Positions 48,121-58,149 of a stretch of 64,000 bases of DNA are shown here, in pieces. Every line of letters starts with the position of its first letter. Position 1 is the stretch's first letter. The stretch is from a virus: the IMG/VR virus record IMGVR_UViG_3300021335_000004. One strand, 5' to 3'. The notes beneath the pieces are model-generated. The model did not search any database. It worked only from the letters and a program-made list of their open reading frames with translations, and was not told the origin of the DNA. Both the position numbers and the translations under genes were made by a program.

Positions 48121-49863
48121 ATGGATTATTCGGAACTCAAAAATTTAGTCAAGAAGCTGTCGCATGAATACTATGACCTGGCTCACCCATCAGTTTCTGA
48201 TGAAGAGTGGGACGCTCTATATGATCAGTTGCATACTATCGAATCTCGTCAAGGCTGGAAAGATAGTGACTCTCCTACTCTACGTGTTGGAGGAGAAGCC
48301 GGTAAAGTGCGTCATCCTTTTAAGCTATACTCACTTCAGAAAAGTTATGATTCTACAGAGATTGGTTCTGAATTTAATGTTAGAGTTCCTAAGCTTGATG
48401 GAACTAATCTTTCACTTATCTATCGAGAAGGCAAACTCGATCTAGCTCTTACTCGCGGTAATGGCGAGTATGGAGAAAATGTTACTCACCTAATGAAACA
48501 CTGTGCAGGTGTTCCTCAAAAAATATCAATTGATTCTGCGGTAATTGTTGGTGAATGTGTCACCGATAATACAGTAGACAACTTTCGTAACTATGTTTCT
48601 GGCGCACTCGGATTGAAGAGCGCTGATGAGTTTTCTGAAAGATCGATTCGTTTTATTGCCCACGATTATCTCGGAGTTCGTACAGACTATCGTGCAAGAA
48701 TGTCAATAGTAAAAAATGCGGGCTTCAATATTATTTTTGAAGAAGATTTGTGTGGACAATATCCGCAAGATGGTGTAGTATATAGAATAGATTCATGGAG
48801 CGAGTGTGATCGTTTAGGATATACTTCAAAATATCCACGATTTGCAATTGCTCTTAAAGAGAGGGGAGCATTACTTGCCGTTACTCGTCTACAGTCAGTA
48901 GATTGGGTGGTTGGCCGTACTGGTGCAGTTAATCCTGTAGGACATGTTGATCCTGTAGAAATTGATGGAGCACTAATCTCACGTGTTACTCTACACAATA
49001 TAGAATTCATTGAATCACATAAACTAGGCGTTGGAGACTTAATTCAGATCGAACGCTCTGGAGGAGTTATCCCTAAATTTATCAGTGTTTTAGAAGCTCA
49101 TCCTAGCTCTCAGACTATTGATAAACTTCATGCAGAACAAGCTATTGGGTGTACACTTCGTCGTCAAGGACCAAAACTATTTTGTGATGATGATTCAAAA
49201 CTTTCTACAGTAAAATTACTTGAACACTATATTAGAATAATGGAAATTAAAGGTGTTGGGCCTGCTTCCATTAAGAAGATGGGGTTAACTCATCCAGTAG
49301 ACTTGTATACTCCCCAACCTTGGCATATTCTTGGAGCAAACGGTTCTAAAATACAAGACGAACTTGATCGTTCTAAGACAAAGCCTTATTCTCAAGTGTT
49401 AGCTTCTTTAGGTATTCCTGGAGTAGGTCGATCAATGTCGAGAGATATTGTAGCTATTTTACCTCAGTTCTCACAATTACGGGAGATTGAATACCAGACA
49501 ATAGCAGGCGTCGGTCCTAAAACAGTTGAGAATATACTAACTTGGCTAGAAGTAAACGAAGAATGGGTAGAAACACTTCCTGTTCAACTAAAACAAGATT
49601 TAAGTATTGAACGAGTTTTAGATACTTCTAGTAATAAAAAAGTTTGTGTTACAGGCAAACTTGATATGACACGTAATCAGATATCAGAGCATCTAGCTCA
49701 GTTTGGATATCAAGTTACTAATACTGTAACAAAAGACTGCGTAGCTTTAATCAGTGGTGATGATAATACTGCTAGTTCAAAAGCAAAACGTGCGGAATCG
49801 CTAGGCATAAAAATTATTAATTATTGGAATAATCGTGCAGAGATTCTTAAAGGAATTGTTTAA
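48121..49863 (+). CDS. ligA: NAD-dependent DNA ligase (single chain, BRCT)
   Basis: YY....VSDEEWD, KLDG, TRGNG..GE, DGVV, VGRTG, TLHN, BRCT VTGKL; promoter TTGCTT-N17-TATTAT at 48068-48096. Confidence 0.93.
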   Translation: MDYSELKNLVKKLSHEYYDLAHPSVSDEEWDALYDQLHTIESRQGWKDSDSPTLRVGGEAGKVRHPFKLYSLQKSYDSTEIGSEFNVRVPKLDGTNLSLIYREGKLDLALTRGNGEYGENVTHLMKHCAGVPQKISIDSAVIVGECVTDNTVDNFRNYVSGALGLKSADEFSERSIRFIAHDYLGVRTDYRARMSIVKNAGFNIIFEEDLCGQYPQDGVVYRIDSWSECDRLGYTSKYPRFAIALKERGALLAVTRLQSVDWVVGRTGAVNPVGHVDPVEIDGALISRVTLHNIEFIESHKLGVGDLIQIERSGGVIPKFISVLEAHPSSQTIDKLHAEQAIGCTLRRQGPKLFCDDDSKLSTVKLLEHYIRIMEIKGVGPASIKKMGLTHPVDLYTPQPWHILGANGSKIQDELDRSKTKPYSQVLASLGIPGVGRSMSRDIVAILPQFSQLREIEYQTIAGVGPKTVENILTWLEVNEEWVETLPVQLKQDLSIERVLDTSSNKKVCVTGKLDMTRNQISEHLAQFGYQVTNTVTKDCVALISGDDNTASSKAKRAESLGIKIINYWNNRAEILKGIV

Positions 49864-50003
49864 CAACAAGCAATTACTTTAACTTTTTACTTGGTTATAG
49901 CTGAATTTCTCTGATATAATCAATTCATAAAGTTGAGAAAAGAGTTTTTCAACTTCAAATAAAAAAACTAAAACCAACCAACCAACAAAAAAGGAAAATT
50001 AAA

Positions 50004-50687
50004 ATGAGTAAATTTGAATATACTGATGAAATGGTAGCTCGTATGGAATCAGCTTGTGCTGGCGGAGTAACTGAAGATATTATCGAGAATCTTTGTGGAG
50101 AGTTTGAATTCCCACGTCGTTCTGTAACTGCTAAACTTCGCAAGCTTGGATTTGACGTTCCTAAAAAGCCAGGTGCAGCTCCAGTATTCTCTGCTGAAGA
50201 GACTGATGCTCTTGCATCTTTCTTGGGAGAAAACTCAGGTGTCCATACAGCTGAAGAAATTGCTGACGTATTTGCTAACGGTAAGTTCACCGCTCGTCAA
50301 ATTAATGGTAAAGCTCTTTCACTTGAAATGACTTCTCATATCAAGCCAGCTGAAAAGAAAATCACTCCAAAGACTTTCACTGCAGAGCAAGAAGCTGATA
50401 TTGAGTCTATGGTTAATGCAGGTAAATACCTTGAAGAAATTGCTGACTCACTTGGACGTCCTGTTAACTCAGTACGCGGTAAGCTTCTTTCAATGGGTTT
50501 GAAAGCTGAGCAGCGCGATAAGAAAGCTTCTAAGAGCGATCCATATGAAGGCATCGAAGATATGCTTGATCAAAGTGTAGAAGATATTGCTGAATCATTT
50601 GGCAAAACTGTACGTGGTGTAAAAACTGTGCTTACCCGTCGTGGTCTTTCATGCACAGACTATACTCCTAAAGCTAACGAAGGTTAA
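50004..50687 (+). CDS. T5 D5-like DNA-binding protein
   Basis: Repeated HTH-like units (RSVTAKLRK, NSVRGKLL, RGVKTVLTRRG); follows the ligase as in T5. Confidence 0.7.
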   Translation: MSKFEYTDEMVARMESACAGGVTEDIIENLCGEFEFPRRSVTAKLRKLGFDVPKKPGAAPVFSAEETDALASFLGENSGVHTAEEIADVFANGKFTARQINGKALSLEMTSHIKPAEKKITPKTFTAEQEADIESMVNAGKYLEEIADSLGRPVNSVRGKLLSMGLKAEQRDKKASKSDPYEGIEDMLDQSVEDIAESFGKTVRGVKTVLTRRGLSCTDYTPKANEG

Positions 50688-50715
50688 TAATAACTGTTAG
50701 TCAAATAAAAAGAAC

Positions 50716-50744
50716 AGGCAGAGGTGAAACCCCTCTGCCTATTT
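50716..50744 (+). terminator. Terminator hairpin
   Basis: AGGCAGAGG/CCTCTGCCT followed by ATTT. Confidence 0.65.
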
Positions 50745-50751
50745 GTGCATA

Positions 50752-51048
50752 ATGAAATTATATACTTTACCCGAAACTTCGATAGATTATATTCTATCTC
50801 TTAGCCCACAGCAGCGTTATCTATATCTTAAACAAGTAGCTTTAAGTAATTTTAGAGTTATTGAAACTGATAAAGAGATGTTAGAATCATTAATAAAAGG
50901 ACTAGAAGTTAGTATTCTCTTTGAAAAACTATACCGAAACAATGAATTTTTAAGAAAAAACTTTACAATAGTTTATTCTGATGGCGGGCTTGTAAGAAAT
51001 GTCATACATGATATCTATTACTCAGATGACGAATTAAGTACGCACTAG
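50752..51048 (+). CDS. Hypothetical protein
   Basis: 98-aa ORF. Confidence 0.45.
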   Translation: MKLYTLPETSIDYILSLSPQQRYLYLKQVALSNFRVIETDKEMLESLIKGLEVSILFEKLYRNNEFLRKNFTIVYSDGGLVRNVIHDIYYSDDELSTH

Positions 51049-51167
51049 AATAATTAATTTTGAATATTTCACAAAATTGTAATATTTATATGTTATAATA
51101 ATAAATAGTAGTTAGGGTTTATAAACTCTGCTATTTTTTTTTATTTATATATAATTGGAGATAATAA

Positions 51168-52127
51168 ATGGACGCACTCACCCTATGGATGACTGTAGGT
51201 TTCCTGTTCGCAGGTTACGCAGTTATCGCAAATGATTCCGTACAAACATTAGGTACATGGATCGCAAGTAATAACGAAAAATTTAATTGGAAAGTTATGT
51301 GGGGAGCAGCGTCAGCAGTTCTCCTTTATACGTTGTGGTATGGTTGGTATACCAACGGTGGAGATATTAGTTATGGACGACTAAACAAAATACCGTTCCA
51401 AGAGATACAATGGTATCACGCAATGGCACCAGGACTATTATTAATACTTACACGAATAGGAGTACCAGTTAGTACTTCTTTTTTAGTATTAAGTGCCTTT
51501 GCAAGTACGTTTGTACTAGAGAAAATGCTTATGAAAAGCATGATGGGCTATGCTGTCGCGGCAGTCGCAGCATATATCATTTGGATAGGAGTTACTAAAC
51601 TACTAGATGAAGCAAAGCCTGTCAAAGAAGAACATAAAAACTATTGGCGAATAGCACAATGGGTAACAACTGGTTTCCTATGGTTTACTTGGCTAAGTCA
51701 TGACATGGCTAACATTGCTGTGTTCCTTCCAAGACAAGTTCCATGGGATCTAATGATCCTAGTGAGTCTTGTGTTTGTTGTAGGACTTGCATTTATGTTT
51801 AAAGAGGGTGGTGGTAAGATCCAAAAGATTGTACTAGAAAAACACAACACAAGATATGTGCGTTCAGCAACGATCATTGATGGAGTGTACTGGTTGATCT
51901 TATTCTTCTTTAAAGAGCTCAACGATATACCTATGTCAACTACTTGGGTGTTCGTAGGACTACTGTGTGGACGTGAACTTGCTATGGCAACAATGACTGG
52001 CAAGGAAAAGTTTAAGACAGTGTTTCCTCTTGTAACTAAAGACTTCTTCAAGATGATGATTGGCTTAGGCGCATCAGTTGGAGTAGTATTAATGATACAT
52101 TATGTTATAGTACCAAACGGACTATAA
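51168..52127 (+). CDS. Multi-pass membrane protein, PiT (phosphate/sulfate permease)-like
   Basis: ANDSVQTLG, PVSTS, HDMAN and PMSTT motifs; about 9-10 TM segments. Confidence 0.6.
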   Translation: MDALTLWMTVGFLFAGYAVIANDSVQTLGTWIASNNEKFNWKVMWGAASAVLLYTLWYGWYTNGGDISYGRLNKIPFQEIQWYHAMAPGLLLILTRIGVPVSTSFLVLSAFASTFVLEKMLMKSMMGYAVAAVAAYIIWIGVTKLLDEAKPVKEEHKNYWRIAQWVTTGFLWFTWLSHDMANIAVFLPRQVPWDLMILVSLVFVVGLAFMFKEGGGKIQKIVLEKHNTRYVRSATIIDGVYWLILFFFKELNDIPMSTTWVFVGLLCGRELAMATMTGKEKFKTVFPLVTKDFFKMMIGLGASVGVVLMIHYVIVPNGL

Positions 52128-52139
52128 TCAAATTACATA

Positions 52140-52194
52140 TTGACAGATGCTCCTGATTAGCGTATTATTAATACATAACTAATCAGGAGTTTTT
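52140..52194 (+). promoter_or_regulatory. Promoter embedded in a terminator hairpin that also contains the RBS
   Basis: TTGACA-N17-TATTAT; inverted repeat CTCCTGATTAG/CTAATCAGGAG plus T5. Confidence 0.7.
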
Positions 52195-52196
52195 AT

Positions 52197-53267
52197 ATGT
52201 ACTTTAACAAAACGCAAACCGATTGGCGACTCTCTCAGTGTTGTCAGTGGCATGATAAAACTTTAGCAAAAAGGTACAATTTTGGTACTACTACCAAAAC
52301 TTACGCCCTCAAAGAAGGTGGTAAAGAAAAAGTACAACAAAAAGCTATAGCAAATACTAAAAAATTACTCGATATACTGACAACATATTTTCCTAAGCAA
52401 CCACAAAATTTGCGTGCGTTTAGAATTTCTAGTGAGCTATTTCCTTGCTACACTCTAGAGTTTACGCAACCGTGGTATGAAGAAATTTGGGAAGAACTAT
52501 CAGAAATTCTTAAACTTGCAGGTAATGCCGCTAAAAAACATGGTATTCGTTTGTCTACTCATCCTGCTCAATACACAGTACTCGCATCTAATAATCCAGA
52601 TGTTGTAACTAAGTCTATCGAAGATCTTGAGTATCATGCTTTGTATGGCTCAATGATGGGATTGCCCGCTCAAGATTTTTCTATGAATATTCACTTACAA
52701 GGACTTTATGGAGGAAAACACGAAGATGGTATTAAACGCTTTGCCACACACTTCCCCTACCTATCCGACTATGCCCAAGGATGCTTATCTGTCGAAAATG
52801 AAGATAAACCCAACGGATACGACATTAAACACACACTTGAACTTGCCCAACGGATCCCTATCCGCTGTACCCTCGACACACACCACTATGCCTGTCATCG
52901 AATGGTTGAGACTGAGAGAGTTAAAGTTGGCGAGAAAACGATCAATAGGAAAGTGCGAGACGTGGATCATATCTCCCACACAGACGACTATTTCCGTGAA
53001 GCTGTCAAGTCATGGAGAGGTGTACGCCCGTTGTTCCACAAATCACAATCCTTTCACCCCGACAATTCAGCTTATTGGATGAAACCTAATGCACACTCAG
53101 AAACATATTGGGACGAAGAACTAATGGCAAGACATGTGCCAATGCTTGAATATGCAGACTTTGATATTGAGGCAAAACACAAAGAAGTTGCCGTACAAGG
53201 TTTCTATGACTTTATCAAACAAGAAGAAGAGTTTGCAGGAGAAGAACTAAAAACAAAAACAATTTAA
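52197..53267 (+). CDS. uvsE: UV-damage endonuclease
   Basis: FRISSELFP, RLSTHPAQYTVLAS, VENED, LDTHH, AHS, IEAKHKE. Confidence 0.88.
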   Translation: MYFNKTQTDWRLSQCCQWHDKTLAKRYNFGTTTKTYALKEGGKEKVQQKAIANTKKLLDILTTYFPKQPQNLRAFRISSELFPCYTLEFTQPWYEEIWEELSEILKLAGNAAKKHGIRLSTHPAQYTVLASNNPDVVTKSIEDLEYHALYGSMMGLPAQDFSMNIHLQGLYGGKHEDGIKRFATHFPYLSDYAQGCLSVENEDKPNGYDIKHTLELAQRIPIRCTLDTHHYACHRMVETERVKVGEKTINRKVRDVDHISHTDDYFREAVKSWRGVRPLFHKSQSFHPDNSAYWMKPNAHSETYWDEELMARHVPMLEYADFDIEAKHKEVAVQGFYDFIKQEEEFAGEELKTKTI

Positions 53268-53276
53268 GGAGGCGCA

Positions 53277-54131
53277 ATGATATTAGTCTGGATAACCTTC
53301 CTAACTGCTATTGCAATTTCTGCAGTAGCTGCATGGTTTAGTGTTATTGGATTGACGCAAATATTTGCGGCAGCTTTTTTGCCTGTCGCAATTATGGGTG
53401 GAGTATTAGAATTAGGTAAAGTGGTTGCAGCAGTATGGACACACCAGCACTGGAGCGATTTACAACATATATCTAAAATAATATTAGTTCCAATTGTAGG
53501 CTTGTTAATGATAGTTACAAGTTTAGGTATTTTTGGCTTACTGTCCAAAGGGCATAGTGCTCAAGAAATGCCTATTATTATAGTAGAGCAAAAAGTAGCA
53601 GTTATTGACACTCAAATTGATTTTTCCACACAAAAAGTAGACAGACTTACACAAAGACTAGAAACTTTAAATAAAGCTATGGGAAAATATATAGAACTTG
53701 GAGCAGTATCAAAAGGACTAGATAAAACCCAAAATGATATTTCTGACATTCAATCACAGATACAACAAGAATTAAACATAATTGCAAAGTTAGAACAAGA
53801 AAAACTAACAGAAAAATTATCAATTAGCAGTATTGAGGCAGAATTAGGGCCGATAAAATATGTTGCTAATTTAATTGGTGAATCAGATAATTTACAAAAC
53901 GCTGTTACAATCGTAATATTTATTATTATTTTCTGTTTTGATCCATTAGCCCTAATGTTACTAATTTTATCAGTAGATAAGATTTTTAATAAACAAAAGC
54001 TGTTTAATGCAGAAAATCTTACAAAACTTAAAGCTATAGAACTTGCAAAGAAAAGATTAGGACTAACTAGGACACAAGCAGAAAAAATGTCAAAAGAAGC
54101 GTTAGTTCAGTTACTAAATAATGCAAGATAA
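53277..54131 (+). CDS. Membrane protein with coiled-coil domain
   Basis: Three N-terminal TMs, coiled coil, GPIKYVA, FDPLA TM. Confidence 0.6.
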   Translation: MILVWITFLTAIAISAVAAWFSVIGLTQIFAAAFLPVAIMGGVLELGKVVAAVWTHQHWSDLQHISKIILVPIVGLLMIVTSLGIFGLLSKGHSAQEMPIIIVEQKVAVIDTQIDFSTQKVDRLTQRLETLNKAMGKYIELGAVSKGLDKTQNDISDIQSQIQQELNIIAKLEQEKLTEKLSISSIEAELGPIKYVANLIGESDNLQNAVTIVIFIIIFCFDPLALMLLILSVDKIFNKQKLFNAENLTKLKAIELAKKRLGLTRTQAEKMSKEALVQLLNNAR

Positions 54132-54144
54132 AGATATATTGTAT

Positions 54145-54194
54145 TTGACATCTACCCTCTATTTTGTTATAATATACAAAATGGAGGGTTTTTT
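54145..54194 (+). promoter_or_regulatory. Promoter embedded in a terminator hairpin that also contains the RBS
   Basis: TTGACA-N17-TATAAT; inverted repeat ACCCTCTATTTTGT/ACAAAATGGAGGGT plus T-run. Confidence 0.7.
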
Positions 54195-54196
54195 AA

Positions 54197-54976
54197 ATGG
54201 CAAGAGCGAGAATAAATACAAACGAAATTCCTGAAGCAAAAATCAGACAAGTAATATGGATGATTAAATCAAACAAGACAAAAAAGGCTTGTTGTGATCA
54301 CTTAGGTATTGCCTACAATACTAAACGATTAGATGCAATCATAGAAGACTTTAGACAAAAAGAAGAAAGACAAAAAGAACTAAAGAAAAAAGCTAGAGCA
54401 AAAACTCTTTCTGCAGGTGAAATTAAACAAATAGTTGGAGACTATCTTGATGGAGAAAATCAAAGCGCTATAGCAAAAAGACTTTACATTAGCCCCCAGC
54501 GTGTTAAAAAAGTTCTTATGGAAAACAATGTGCCTATTCGTGCAAGAGGTAAAAATAAACCCGCACAAGTTAGTCATGTAGTGCAGAATTTAGATGCTTT
54601 GTTTAAAGCAGGAGATAGAGTGTTTGTACCCGAAAAAAATACATTTGCTAAAGTGTATGAAGTTTATGATGAAGAATGGGTAGAGTATTACCGCTCTCCG
54701 ATTAGAAGAAAATATGTAGAACTTCACGCTATGAAATCAGCAAAACAAAAACATGGTATTGATTTTGAAGGGTATCCTGATATTCATTATCAAATTTATT
54801 GGGAATATGATAACGGATCTTCCTGGAAAGAAGACGCTATTATTAGATTAATTAAAAAAGTAGAAACATACATAGAAGAAACCGGTAGAGAAACTTACTT
54901 AGCATATATGGAAAGTGATCACGGTGGGTACTTTTCTGGAACTAGAGACAAATTTTATCCTGTAGCGAGCAAATAA
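54197..54976 (+). CDS. HTH-containing T5-like protein upstream of the helicase
   Basis: TKKACCDHLGIAYNTKRL; YLDGENQSAIAKRLYIS HTH. Confidence 0.6.
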   Translation: MARARINTNEIPEAKIRQVIWMIKSNKTKKACCDHLGIAYNTKRLDAIIEDFRQKEERQKELKKKARAKTLSAGEIKQIVGDYLDGENQSAIAKRLYISPQRVKKVLMENNVPIRARGKNKPAQVSHVVQNLDALFKAGDRVFVPEKNTFAKVYEVYDEEWVEYYRSPIRRKYVELHAMKSAKQKHGIDFEGYPDIHYQIYWEYDNGSSWKEDAIIRLIKKVETYIEETGRETYLAYMESDHGGYFSGTRDKFYPVASK

Positions 54977-54979
54977 TAT

Positions 54980-56380
54980 ATGAACATTGATCTTCAAAAA
55001 CTGACAATAAAAAGATTATTGTCTGGACAAAATCATGATTTTTTTACAAAACTAAGTCCTTACTTTTTTTCGGGGGCTAACTCTTCTATCTATAATAAAA
55101 TTGAATCATATTATAAAGCTAACCTTAAAATACCTTCTGAAGAAGAGTTTTATCTAATAAATAAAGACGTTAATTCTCAAGAATATTTTGAGAACCAAAT
55201 TGTGGCATCTGGTAAATATACTGATATTGATAATGATTTTATTATTGCCCAGCTTCAAGACCATTTTGTAAGAGAAGAGACTATATCGTTTTTAGATGGT
55301 TATATAGACCAGCTAGAAGATTTGGAAAAGATTGAGATTGTAGATAAAATACAAAACCACTTATTAAAACTTAACAGTGCTTTACCTACTTCAGATGAAT
55401 TATTTGACGTAGCAGATTTAGATTTCTTTCCTAGTGCAGACGATTTTAAACTTTATCCTTCTGGATTAAGTGCTGAATATGATTCTGTTAATGGCGGTTT
55501 TGGTTCTCAAGAACTAGTGCTTCTTGGAGGTAGAAGAGGCTCGGGTAAATCTATTATTTCTCTAAATTGTTCTATTAATAGATTCTTACAAGGATCAACC
55601 GTAGCTTTCTTTAGTATTGAGATGCGATATAAAGAAGTACATGACCGTCTTTTAAGTATAATCAGTGAAGTTCCGTTTCTTGATATTTATAAAAATAAAC
55701 TAAATGAAGAACAAAAACTAAGATTAGCGAAATCAAAGCTAAACTATTTTTTTGATAATACAGATCAAAAAGCTATAGATTATTATAATGAACTAGAAAA
55801 AACAAAAGACTTTAAGGCTTTTGAACAAAAAATGAAGTTCGATAAGCCTGAATATAAAGAAAATCGTTTTTTTATTATAGATGATGCAGGTTTAACTCTT
55901 AATCGTATTGATCATTATTGTAATATGTTTCAAGCCAAATACCCAAGGTACACTATGGCTTGTGTAGATTATATTAATATTATTAGACATGAAGATCAAA
56001 AAGATTGGAAAAGTCAGATTACTATAGCAGAAAATCTAAAATTAATGAGCCGTAAATATGACTTAACAATGTTTTCTCCTTATCAAATTGATGCGGGAGG
56101 AGAAGCACGTTTTGCTAAAGGTATTCTTGATTCTGCTGATCGTAGTTTTAACTTTTTTCCACCAGATGAGAATGGAGACAACAATCGAGTAGCTGTCCAT
56201 ACCACAAAAATACGTAACGGTAGAACTATGAATTTTGATATTGGTATGAATTGGGAGTGTACAAAAGTTGTAGCTTCAGACTCAAATCTTATCAATGAAA
56301 AACCTTTTGCGGCCGCAAAATATGGAAGTGAAGAAGATAAACAACCAAAACGTAAAAGAGAAATTGAACGTGATTTGTAA
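54980..56380 (+). CDS. DnaB-like replicative helicase (T5 D6-like)
   Basis: Walker A GRRGSGKS, FSIEM, VDYIN, PYQ...ARFAKGILD.AD. Confidence 0.9.
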   Translation: MNIDLQKLTIKRLLSGQNHDFFTKLSPYFFSGANSSIYNKIESYYKANLKIPSEEEFYLINKDVNSQEYFENQIVASGKYTDIDNDFIIAQLQDHFVREETISFLDGYIDQLEDLEKIEIVDKIQNHLLKLNSALPTSDELFDVADLDFFPSADDFKLYPSGLSAEYDSVNGGFGSQELVLLGGRRGSGKSIISLNCSINRFLQGSTVAFFSIEMRYKEVHDRLLSIISEVPFLDIYKNKLNEEQKLRLAKSKLNYFFDNTDQKAIDYYNELEKTKDFKAFEQKMKFDKPEYKENRFFIIDDAGLTLNRIDHYCNMFQAKYPRYTMACVDYINIIRHEDQKDWKSQITIAENLKLMSRKYDLTMFSPYQIDAGGEARFAKGILDSADRSFNFFPPDENGDNNRVAVHTTKIRNGRTMNFDIGMNWECTKVVASDSNLINEKPFAAAKYGSEEDKQPKRKREIERDL

Positions 56381-56753
56381 TAAAAAAATAGTTATAATAT
56401 TATGTTTGTTTTCTACAAGTGTATATGCTGAAGGCCGTACATATACAGGTAATGAAGATAAATCACACTGTACATTATGGAACAGAGAAGTATTACGCTG
56501 GCCTCAAAAAATATTAGGACTAGAATCAATGGAGTGTAGACGTAAGGCAGTGCCTCCAACTGTTACTAATACTATAACTTGCAGACTTAAAAGACAATAT
56601 GTAGACCCAGAAACTGATGAACGTATGTGTATATACGAGCGGGGTGCTACAGGACACGCAGATTTAACTGTTGCTATGGACAAATATTTTCAATGTCCAA
56701 GAACACAACAGTGTACACAAAGCCCAGGTGGTGGACATAACACACTAGATTAG
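56295..56753 (+). CDS. Cys-rich secreted-type protein (true start probably ~56370)
   Basis: Signal-like IVIILCLFSTSVYA; six downstream Cys. Confidence 0.5.
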   Translation: MKNLLRPQNMEVKKINNQNVKEKLNVICNKKIVIILCLFSTSVYAEGRTYTGNEDKSHCTLWNREVLRWPQKILGLESMECRRKAVPPTVTNTITCRLKRQYVDPETDERMCIYERGATGHADLTVAMDKYFQCPRTQQCTQSPGGGHNTLD

Positions 56754-56762
56754 GAGAATTAT

Positions 56763-57053
56763 ATGAGTATTATGTGTAGAATATTTGGACACAACTATGC
56801 AATAACTAGTGCGCTTGGTAACTATACTTTTTGTACTAAGTGTGGAAGTACGTTAACAATCAAAGAGCCGTATACCCTAACACCAGGTGAAAGACGTTAC
56901 GTACACGGTATATTAATGGAAATGACTGAATTTGGATTAGAGGAAGTGAAACATGCTGAAGAATCTATTAAAAAAGTTTACAAAGAAAAAACCAATGAAG
57001 ACTTCGAAGAAGGAAACTACGCCGTTCAATCCAAGGACCCGCATGAACAGTGA
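56763..57053 (+). CDS. Small zinc-ribbon protein
   Basis: CRIFGH...CTKCG; AGGAG RBS. Confidence 0.55.
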   Translation: MSIMCRIFGHNYAITSALGNYTFCTKCGSTLTIKEPYTLTPGERRYVHGILMEMTEFGLEEVKHAEESIKKVYKEKTNEDFEEGNYAVQSKDPHEQ

Positions 57054-57248
57054 AAATATGACTGATGAAGATAAGCTAAAACAAGGCTTTAATGGTAGTA
57101 CTTATAGTATAAATGGAAGAGATGTTGACTTCTGATCGTACAGTTTGGATTATATGGATGATAATTGTACTAATCACGGTTGCAATACTGCCGTTTGTAG
57201 TACGTATACAAGGTGTATCAGAATTTTTAGCAAGGTGTTTGGGATAAA

Positions 57249-58112
57249 ATGGACTTAATTGATTTATTAAACGAAAAAAATGTATATTATAAAAAATCTA
57301 ATAACCCAAGCGAGATACTTATTACGTGTACTTCTGGTGAGCATGTAGATAAAGATCCTAGCTTGAGTTATAATTTAGAAAAAGATATGTTCCATTGTTG
57401 GAGTTGTGGTTTTAAAGGAGGTAAAAGACGCTTTCTAGAAAGTATAGGTGTCAGTAGTGCAATAACTTTTGAGACTAAGCAGTCTTTTAAAATTCAAAAA
57501 CTTAAAAATAAAATTCAAAGGTTGATGGAATTAAATGAGTGTACTATGCCTATAGAATACAGAGCATGGACACAGACGTATAAAGGAATAAAAATAGAAA
57601 CCTTGAAAGAGTTTAATTTTTTTACTACAGCAGAAATGGGTTTTGAAGATTATATCTGTTTACCTATTTATCAATTTGGTAAATTAAAATTTATTGAAGG
57701 AAGATATAGATTTAATTCTAAAAATAAACCAAAATACAATCGTAAACCAAACGGTGTAAATGTTAATAATATAGCCTTCCCACTAGATAAATTAGAAGAT
57801 AAATCTAAAGTTATTATCGTAGAGGGTATATTTGATATGTTAAACTTATGGCAACACGGAATTAAAAATGTTTTATGCGTTTTTGGTACTCAAAACTTTG
57901 GAGAATCGAAAGTAAAATTGTTTGACGATGTAGGTATTAGAAATGTACAAATAATGTTTGATGGAGACGCCGCAGGGCAAAGTGCGGCAGTAAAAATAAG
58001 AAATTTATTAACTAAAAATAATATATCATCAAATATTATTAAACTACCTCTAGGAAAAGATCCTGGTCTATTAGTAGCAGATGAAATAAAATCTCTATTG
58101 TATAATGGATAA
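57249..58112 (+). CDS. DNA primase (CHC2 zinc finger plus TOPRIM)
   Basis: C...H.D..PS...HCWSCG; VEGIFD; FDGDAAG; KDPG. Confidence 0.9.
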   Translation: MDLIDLLNEKNVYYKKSNNPSEILITCTSGEHVDKDPSLSYNLEKDMFHCWSCGFKGGKRRFLESIGVSSAITFETKQSFKIQKLKNKIQRLMELNECTMPIEYRAWTQTYKGIKIETLKEFNFFTTAEMGFEDYICLPIYQFGKLKFIEGRYRFNSKNKPKYNRKPNGVNVNNIAFPLDKLEDKSKVIIVEGIFDMLNLWQHGIKNVLCVFGTQNFGESKVKLFDDVGIRNVQIMFDGDAAGQSAAVKIRNLLTKNNISSNIIKLPLGKDPGLLVADEIKSLLYNG

Positions 58113-58126
58113 AAAATTGCTATAAT
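58098..58126 (+). promoter_or_regulatory. Sigma70-type promoter for the polymerase
   Basis: TTGTAT-N17-TATAAT with TGn extension. Confidence 0.55.
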
Positions 58127-58149
58127 AATGTATAAATTAAAAATGAGGA

